Shown in pieces: positions 14,801-20,000 of a stretch of 20,000 nt of DNA (position 1 is its first letter; every line of letters begins with the position of its first letter). A program made the translations under genes and the position numbers. Under the pieces are notes generated by a model. The model made no database searches. It saw nothing but the letters and a program-made list of their open reading frames with translations, and was not told the origin of the DNA. The stretch is from an uncultured virus (IMG/VR IMGVR_UViG_3300044987_000436) (taxonomy: Duplodnaviria; Heunggongvirae; Uroviricota; Caudoviricetes). The stretch lies in IMG/VR virus record IMGVR_UViG_3300044987_000436. One strand, 5' to 3'.

Positions 14801-15247
14801 CAGGTATGGGCTGGCGGAAGTTTTAATTCTACCAATGCTGAAGGAAGTTCGCAGACGGGGCAAATAGTTTTGCGCGGGGCTACAACAACCGCGATTGCGG
14901 CGGTTATGTCTTCTGATACTTCAGCAGCTTCTACCATCAACCAAGTTATTCTCCCCAACGACAGCACCTTTATTTTTAGGGGCCAACTTGTTGCTCGCAA
15001 TACGGGCAGTGATACAGATAGCATGGTTTGGGAGTTTAAAGGTGGTATTCGTAGAGGAACTTCCGCTGGCACAACAACTTTAATTGGAACGCCAAGTATC
15101 GACCTTATTGCATCTGATGGGTCGGCATGGACGGTTGCACTAACCGCAGACACTACTAACGGCGGACTGGCAGTTACGGTTACTGGCGAAGCTGCAAAAA
15201 CCATTCGCTGGGTTGCAACCGTCCGGACAACAGAAGTTACTGGATAA
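11813..15247 (+). CDS. long tail fibre / receptor-binding protein (1144 aa)
   Basis: TAAGGA SD; N-terminal DRVQETTT..GTG anchor, QNGVY..WVLTRATD module, GGTG and QTLTNK shaft repeats, SxAIG-type repeats near the C-terminus. Confidence 0.85.
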   Translation: MALVVKDRVQETTTVVGTGTMTLDGAVLGFQTFAIIGNSNTTYYAVADAITGDWEVGIGTYTLSGTTLSRTTVLESSNAGALVNFAAGSKNVFCTYPAERSVYLDSAGSYPVQSTFNAITAASIALTTGTITTAPAVSDDIANKFYVDSIAALGIVYHEPVFVESPVAAGNLNATYNQPGGAGDGVGATLTNAGTQVALTIDGVLMTTGKRVLIHNQTSAFQNGVYTVTTVGTVSTNWVLTRATDADTYAVNSPDSLGQGDAFYVQAGDTGASNLYAVNTVGTITFGTTAITFALISAAFPYLAGTGLNLSPATTFNISNVGTAGTYGSSSNVPVFVTNAQGQVTSVTNTGIAITSAAVSGLAASATTDTTNAANITTGTLPAGRIAGTYSNLTGTGALAAGSLATGFTAVSAPLGGTGLSSYTIGDLIYADTSTSFAKLADVAVGNALISGGVGSAPSWGKIGAATHIDGTLPVLNGGTSLTSLTANNVILGNGTGAPLFVSPATSGNVLTANGTTWISAPAGGGGGLTYVYKTANYTAASNEGVLCDTLAGAFTVTLPATPAVGVQVIVADAGGAWGTNNLTVDRNGSLIAGLAENLVCDIASVSVQLVYDGTSWEVYAQIGVNGGTLVTLNDIQTLTNKDLTSATNTFPTSLATLVGAQTLTNKTIAFANNTLTGVQAELVSGSNIKTINGTTLLGAGDLVVASGILTINNKVAAYTVVAGDLGKVINCTSGTFTVSLTAAATLGAGFNVTIWNTSATSTDVITIDAFASETIDGLQAVILRRGEGMEIVSDGSNWQTGNKKVMRAYAENMLSTAFRPTASGNGALAISSGGLTSIASNSGAINIGGGTSSGTNSLGILGSPSGTNSTAIGLNNGSQYAVATGSGAVSLGGSYASGTDTFAAVIGTSSSSYGTSNSLAIAMGYIAKAAYASVAIGARAVASVSNSISICSSYSSFGNVSSGFNSITLGDGNAAAGTSSVAWGFGANARYINGKQVWAGGSFNSTNAEGSSQTGQIVLRGATTTAIAAVMSSDTSAASTINQVILPNDSTFIFRGQLVARNTGSDTDSMVWEFKGGIRRGTSAGTTTLIGTPSIDLIASDGSAWTVALTADTTNGGLAVTVTGEAAKTIRWVATVRTTEVTG

Positions 15248-15261
15248 TTAAAGGAAAAATC

Positions 15262-15561
15262 ATGGCAATTCAAATCGACCTCCAGCAATCAAACTTTGGC
15301 GTCCCATTTGCGGGCGCGTACTTCCGCATTGTCACCGCATCAATTAGCCGCCAACGTCAGGAAACCCCCCGCCACAGCGTGATGATTGACATAGTGGGGT
15401 ATGCCACCCAGCCAACCAACGAGGACACCAAGGACGTAGATTTTCGCCGCTACCACGTTGCCGCCTCTGAGGTGTACGCGCAAGCAGGTGATAACTTCTT
15501 GGCCCAGTGTTACGCATGGGTGATGGCACAGCCTGATATGGCTGGCGCAACAGGAGTGTGA
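15262..15561 (+). CDS. putative tail fibre assembly chaperone
   Basis: AAGGA SD; small gene directly after the fibre; AYFRI ... QCYAWV pattern. Confidence 0.55.
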   Translation: MAIQIDLQQSNFGVPFAGAYFRIVTASISRQRQETPRHSVMIDIVGYATQPTNEDTKDVDFRRYHVAASEVYAQAGDNFLAQCYAWVMAQPDMAGATGV

Positions 15562-15562
15562 A

Positions 15563-16606
15563 ATGGCAGTACTTTCAAACATCATCACGCCGTCAAACGT
15601 CTTGACGGCTACCAACACCGCTACGCTGACAAACAAGACCATCAGCGGTGCAAGCAATACGCTGTCCAACATATCTGTAGCCAGTGGCGGCACCGGGGTT
15701 GCATCGCTGACAGCTAACAACGTCATCTTGGGCAACGGTACGGCTGCGGTTCAATTCGTGGCCCCCGGAACAGCGGGCAATGTTTTAACCTCTGACGGCA
15801 CGACATGGAGCAGTTCTTCCGGCGCTGGAAGCCCGACAGGACAGGCTTTTTATGGTTTTGGTGCTGGCGCATATTCATGGACGGTCCCTGCGGGTGTAAC
15901 TAGTGTTTGCGTGGTTTGTATTGGCGCTGGTGGAGGTAGTCAGGGCTCAACATGGTCGAGCGGTGGCGGTGGAGGCGGTGGACTGGCATACAAAAACAAT
16001 ATCGTAGTTGTTCCCGGACAAGTCTGGACGGTAAACGTCGGACTCGGTGGCGATGTTGGCCGTGGCATTCAAAACGGTGGAAGCAGTTCTTTTGTAAGCC
16101 CCACCTTCGTGCAAGAGTGCGTAGCAAACGGCGGCGGATCCACTAGTGGTGGTAGCGGTGGCACTGCCCTTGGCTATGATGGCGGTGGAAACGGTGGAGG
16201 CGGAAACGCCAACTATGGCGGCGGCGGAGCAGGCGGCTACTCCGGAAACGGCGGCAGTGGTAATGCCTCCGGTTCGGGGGGAGGCGCAGCGGGCGGTATT
16301 ACTTACAGCTCCACTTACGGATCAGCCGGTGGCGGGGGTGTGGCACCTTTTGGGCAAGGTACTTCAGGGAGTCTTAACTATGGGGGTGCCGGAGGTTCTG
16401 GCGGAGAAACAGCTTCAGCGGGACAAAACCCGTATACCTCCTTTGGTAATGTTACTCGCCCCGGCGGTCGTTATGGTGGCGGTGGCGGTGGCAGTGGTAC
16501 TAGCGACCCCGTAGGCCGGGGTACTCACCGAGGCGCTGATGGCTGTGTTCGTATTATTTGGGGCACTGGACGGTCCTTCCCCTCAACTGGTACAGGAGAT
16601 ATGTAA
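15563..16606 (+). CDS. glycine-rich tail fibre / receptor-binding protein
   Basis: AGGAG SD; TLTNKT and GGTG shaft, then WTVPAGVTSVCVVCIGAGGG ... GADGCVRIIW glycine-rich domain. Confidence 0.8.
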   Translation: MAVLSNIITPSNVLTATNTATLTNKTISGASNTLSNISVASGGTGVASLTANNVILGNGTAAVQFVAPGTAGNVLTSDGTTWSSSSGAGSPTGQAFYGFGAGAYSWTVPAGVTSVCVVCIGAGGGSQGSTWSSGGGGGGGLAYKNNIVVVPGQVWTVNVGLGGDVGRGIQNGGSSSFVSPTFVQECVANGGGSTSGGSGGTALGYDGGGNGGGGNANYGGGGAGGYSGNGGSGNASGSGGGAAGGITYSSTYGSAGGGGVAPFGQGTSGSLNYGGAGGSGGETASAGQNPYTSFGNVTRPGGRYGGGGGGSGTSDPVGRGTHRGADGCVRIIWGTGRSFPSTGTGDM

Positions 16607-16972
16607 ATGCACCACGTATTATTCAACTATGTCGTGGACGGGGTAGTGATTGAAGGACCCATATCCTATGCAACCGTTTGTGAACGCACGGGGCTAACAG
16701 ACACGCCGGGCTTTGCAGAGCTTGGTTACCATGAGCACATGCCTGTTCCAGAATTCATACCTCCTACCAGCGAACAAATAGCTATGGCTGTGCGGAATAT
16801 TCGCAATCACCTTCTACAACAGTCCGATTGGACACAGTTTGTCGATTCCCCCCTTGCCAGTGAAGAAAAAGCACTGTGGGCCGCATACCGTCAGCAACTT
16901 CGTGATATGCCTGCAACCAGCGCTCAAGTGGCGACTCTTGAAGAGATTACTTGGCCTGTTGCACCTGCTTGA
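16607..16972 (+). CDS. phage tail assembly chaperone (Phage_tail_APC-like)
   Basis: RNHLLQQSDWTQ..DSPL ... WAAYRQQLRDMP ... WPVAP signature. Confidence 0.85.
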   Translation: MHHVLFNYVVDGVVIEGPISYATVCERTGLTDTPGFAELGYHEHMPVPEFIPPTSEQIAMAVRNIRNHLLQQSDWTQFVDSPLASEEKALWAAYRQQLRDMPATSAQVATLEEITWPVAPA

Positions 16973-17009
16973 GTAAATCTGCCAAAATACCCTGAACTGA
17001 AGGACTTAC

Positions 17010-18077
17010 ATGTCAAGCACCTACTCCCCCGATTTACGCATTGAACTCATTGGCCCCGGCGATCAAGCGGGCACATGGGGAACCACGACCAACACCAACC
17101 TCGGCACTCTGATTGAAGATGCTATCGCGGGTTACGCTACGGTGTCGGTTACTTCGGCGGACCAAGCATTCACTGCACTGGACGGGGCCGCTGACCAAGC
17201 ACGAAACGCAGTCATCGCCCTGACCACCACTACCACGGCAAACTTTGCCGTGTACACGCCACCCGCGTCTAAACAGTACATCATCTACAACACCACCGCC
17301 TACACGGCCACGATCTACAACTCCACAGTGATTGGCAATACAACGGCTGCGGGCTTGGGAGTTGCAGTACCGGCGGGGTCAAAGCTGGCAGTGTTCAGTA
17401 ACGGGACTAATTTCCGTTCTGTCGATGCTCCCGGTTTTGTTGGCGTGCTTCCAGTGGCCAACGGAGGTACAGGACTTAGCACCACTCCGAGCAACGGTAC
17501 GTTGCTAATTGGCAACGGGTCAGGCTTCTCCGCCGCTACCCTGACGGCAGGGGCCAACGTGACAATTACCAATGGCGCTGGTTCTATTACCATTGCGACC
17601 ACTTCCGCCAGCGCTCCCATTCCTTCGGGCACGGTGATGTTGTTTGTCCAGTCTTCGGCTCCTACGGGGTGGACTAAAAGTGTTTCCCACGACAACAAAG
17701 CCCTGCGGGTGGTGAACGGCAGTGTCTCTTCCGGGGGCTCGGTTTCGTTTTCAACGGCTTTTTCAAACCAGTCGGTTAGCGGCTCTGTTGGCTCAACAAC
17801 ACTCAGTACTTCGCAGATGCCATTCCACAACCACAGTGCAAGTGTCAGTGATCCTAGTCACGTACATCAAAACGGGTTTGATGCGTTTGGAGTAAATGGG
17901 TATGCGGGGGCATTTGGCGGAAACGGCATAATTACTAATACCGCAGCCGCTGTTACAGGTATTTCTGTAACCGTTGGTTACGAAGGCAGCAGCGGCTCGC
18001 ACAACCACTCGTTTTCTGGAACCTCAATTAACTTGGCGGTGCAGTATGTTGACGTGATTATCGCTACGGCTAACTAA
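17010..18077 (+). CDS. tail fibre/baseplate protein with a tail-collar-like C-terminal domain
   Basis: AAGGA SD; MSSTYS.DLRIELI..G.Q.GTWG.TTNTNL N-terminus; IPSGTVMLF..SSAPTGW, TLSTSQMP.HNH and HNH.FSG metal-binding-type HxH motifs. Confidence 0.8.
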   Translation: MSSTYSPDLRIELIGPGDQAGTWGTTTNTNLGTLIEDAIAGYATVSVTSADQAFTALDGAADQARNAVIALTTTTTANFAVYTPPASKQYIIYNTTAYTATIYNSTVIGNTTAAGLGVAVPAGSKLAVFSNGTNFRSVDAPGFVGVLPVANGGTGLSTTPSNGTLLIGNGSGFSAATLTAGANVTITNGAGSITIATTSASAPIPSGTVMLFVQSSAPTGWTKSVSHDNKALRVVNGSVSSGGSVSFSTAFSNQSVSGSVGSTTLSTSQMPFHNHSASVSDPSHVHQNGFDAFGVNGYAGAFGGNGIITNTAAAVTGISVTVGYEGSSGSHNHSFSGTSINLAVQYVDVIIATAN

Positions 18078-18088
18078 AAGGATCGAAT

Positions 18089-18343
18089 ATGCGTGTAACT
18101 ATTATTTACCCAGACCGGGCCGTCACCAAAGACGGGCTGACATACAGTAATTTAGCCTTTACGCTTCCCAACAACATCCACGCCGTGCAGTGGTTTGAAA
18201 CGGAAGGCGAAGTGGAAATCTGCGATGCGCAAGGCCGGATGGTGGAAAACAAAACGATAACAGACATAAGCCCGTTTCAATCAGCGCTCGATGCTTGGCA
18301 GCTTCGTCACGATACCCCCGCTCCTGCGCCCACACCCGTATGA
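18089..18343 (+). CDS. small fibre-associated protein, putative chaperone
   Basis: AAGGA SD; IHAVQW...EGEVE motif; follows a fibre gene. Confidence 0.65.
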   Translation: MRVTIIYPDRAVTKDGLTYSNLAFTLPNNIHAVQWFETEGEVEICDAQGRMVENKTITDISPFQSALDAWQLRHDTPAPAPTPV

Positions 18344-18651
18344 AACTAGAAAAGGGCAATTTTTGTCCCCTCATTAAAAAAGACTGCGTAGGACTTCAGT
18401 GCGCTTGGTTTGTTCAGGTCCGTGGGCACAATCCTAATACGGGGCAAGAAGTTGACGAATGGGCCTGCTCGATTGCGTGGATGCCCATCTTGATGATCGA
18501 GAACAGCCAGCAACAACGCCAAACCGGGGCTGCGGTTGAAACTTTCAGGAACGAGATGGTCAAAGCCAACGACACCAATCTGCGTGTGTTAGCCCATACT
18601 GCAAACATGATTACGTCGAACGCGCCGCCACCTACCAAGGCGCTTGAGTAG
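18340..18651 (+). CDS. Cys-containing hypothetical protein (103 aa)
   Basis: ATGA overlap at 18340-18343; CPLIKKDCVGLQCAWF ... DEWACSIAW, then a coiled-coil-like C-terminus. Confidence 0.75.
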   Translation: MKLEKGNFCPLIKKDCVGLQCAWFVQVRGHNPNTGQEVDEWACSIAWMPILMIENSQQQRQTGAAVETFRNEMVKANDTNLRVLAHTANMITSNAPPPTKALE

Positions 18652-18662
18652 AACCCAGCTTT

Positions 18663-19151
18663 ATGATCGACCCCTTCACAGCCCTAGCGGCAATACAAAC
18701 GGCTGTGAAGCTGGTGAAGACGGCTGCCCAAACCGTCAAAGATGTGGAGTCGCTCGGCCCTGTACTGGGTAAGTTTTTCAGCGCCAAATCAGACGCCATC
18801 AAGGTTGTCCAGCAGTCCAAGACCAGTGGATTCAAGGGCTCTGCGATGGGTAAAGCCATCGAGCTTGAGCTTGCCATCGAGTCAGCCAGAGCGTTTGAGG
18901 AAGAGATCAAGATGCTCTTCTTCCAGAGCAACAAGATGGACGTGTGGGCCAAGATTCTGGCCCGCGCTGCAAGTATCGACAAAGAAGCAGCACATGAGGC
19001 CAGACGCCAGCGCGAGGCGGCTGCAAGGCACAAGAAAGAGATGGATGAGGTTATCACCCTTGTCCTGATGTTTGTGGTTCTGGCGCTGGTCTGCGGCGGT
19101 GTCGGCTGGATCATCTACAAAGCTGTGCAAGAGTGCGGCGGTCGGTGCTGA
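18663..19151 (+). CDS. helical protein with a C-terminal transmembrane segment
   Basis: MIDPFTALAA N-terminus, charged coiled coil, VITLVLMFVVLALVCGGVGWIIY TM segment. Confidence 0.7.
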   Translation: MIDPFTALAAIQTAVKLVKTAAQTVKDVESLGPVLGKFFSAKSDAIKVVQQSKTSGFKGSAMGKAIELELAIESARAFEEEIKMLFFQSNKMDVWAKILARAASIDKEAAHEARRQREAAARHKKEMDEVITLVLMFVVLALVCGGVGWIIYKAVQECGGRC

Positions 19152-19168
19152 TTGTGAGTAATGAAAAT

Positions 19169-19633
19169 ATGTTTTCTAACTTTGACCTGACTAAAGCCAT
19201 TGGCGCAGTTGCTGCCAGTATTGCCGCGCTTGGCGGCGGTTACACCTTGGCCGACAAAATTGGGTGGTTTGACAGGGCCATTATTGAGTGGACACCAGAG
19301 CATTTCAAGATTGTTGCAGAGGCTGGACAGCCCATCAACGTAACGGTTGCCCGTATTAAAAAGCGTGATGACTGCTCAGTGGAGGGCTTTACCCCAAGCA
19401 TCAGAGACGCAGCAGGTATGCTGCATGAAGCAACAACCACGGCGAGCAAGTTCAGCGGCCCAGCCGGGCCAGAGATTGACACGTTCACCTACCAGTTGAC
19501 GATGGTGCGAAAAGAAAAGATTGCACCCGGTAAAGCCACCTTGCTGGCGACCATCAAATACAAATGTCCAGAGGGCGAGCGTATCGTTCAGTACCCTCGC
19601 CATGCAAATCTAAGTTTTGACTTGAAAGGCTAA
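19169..19633 (+). CDS. N-terminally membrane-anchored hypothetical protein (start could be GTG 19154)
   Basis: AIGAVAASIAALGGGYTLA hydrophobic segment, then a beta-rich domain with two Cys. Confidence 0.65.
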   Translation: MFSNFDLTKAIGAVAASIAALGGGYTLADKIGWFDRAIIEWTPEHFKIVAEAGQPINVTVARIKKRDDCSVEGFTPSIRDAAGMLHEATTTASKFSGPAGPEIDTFTYQLTMVRKEKIAPGKATLLATIKYKCPEGERIVQYPRHANLSFDLKG

Positions 19634-19635
19634 AT

Positions 19636-20000
19636 ATGTTCCCCCTTACAGCACTATTTGAAATCGGCGGCAAGCTCATTGACAAGCTCATCCCAGACCC
19701 TGAAGCCAAGGCCAAGGCCCAGATGGAATTGGGGAAGATGGTTCAAGACGGTGAACTTGCCAAGATGGCGAACGACACCAAGCTCTACGAAGTCGAGCAG
19801 GAGAACATCACAGACCGCTGGCGCTCAGACATGGGCAGTGACTCTTGGATGTCTAAAAACATCCGCCCAATGGCTTTGATTGCTATCTTTGTGGCCTTCT
19901 TCCTGTTCACCATGATGTCTGCGTTTGGCTACAACGCGCAGGAGTCTTACGTCCAACTGCTGGGCCAGTGGGGGCAGATCATCTTCCTTGCCTACTTTGG
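19636..20000 (+). CDS. holin, GTA 3TM holin-like family (partial, runs off the window); not in the ORF track
   Basis: ATG 19636 after GAAAGG; MFPLTALFEIGGKLIDKLIPDPEAKAKAQMEL ... RWRSDMGSDSWMSKNIRPMALIAIFVAFFLF ... LLGQWGQIIFLAYF. Confidence 0.8.
   Translation, partial: MFPLTALFEIGGKLIDKLIPDPEAKAKAQMELGKMVQDGELAKMANDTKLYEVEQENITDRWRSDMGSDSWMSKNIRPMALIAIFVAFFLFTMMSAFGYNAQESYVQLLGQWGQIIFLAYF

Noticed and set aside
13240..15810. Diversity-generating retroelement TR/VR pair or invertible fibre cassette
   Set aside because: Differences between the copies are mostly synonymous and not adenine-specific. No reverse transcriptase, invertase or inverted gene copy is present in the window.
1..20000. 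Alternative genetic code, tRNA genes, integrase or defence genes
   Set aside because: Genes tile the window with standard stops (TAA, TGA, one TAG). No cloverleaf or such enzymes were recognised.

Overview
The window is one + strand, tightly packed block of virion morphogenesis genes from a tailed phage (Caudoviricetes). It is probably podovirus-like, since no sheath, tube or tape-measure gene is recognisable. Gene order: 3' end of the probable portal, a small hypothetical gene, a GroES-like co-chaperonin, scaffold, two head-associated genes, the major capsid protein (Mu gpT-like family), a hairpin, an intrinsic terminator and a sigma70-like promoter. Then come a compact, doubly pseudoknotted RNA leader and a putative head fibre gene, followed by a cluster of small Lys/Gly-rich proteins sharing motifs, two adaptor-like proteins and a free-standing HNH endonuclease. 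The window ends with tail structural genes, three fibre-plus-chaperone pairs, membrane proteins and a 3TM holin cut by the window end. The most notable elements are the structured RNA at about 3885-3960 (candidate Mu-gpT-DE-type motif or a new cis-regulator next to an RBS) and the family of small basic proteins sharing GxAx(K/R)GKTKG and hydrophobic-x-x-GG motifs. All family assignments come from motif recognition and synteny, not database searches.
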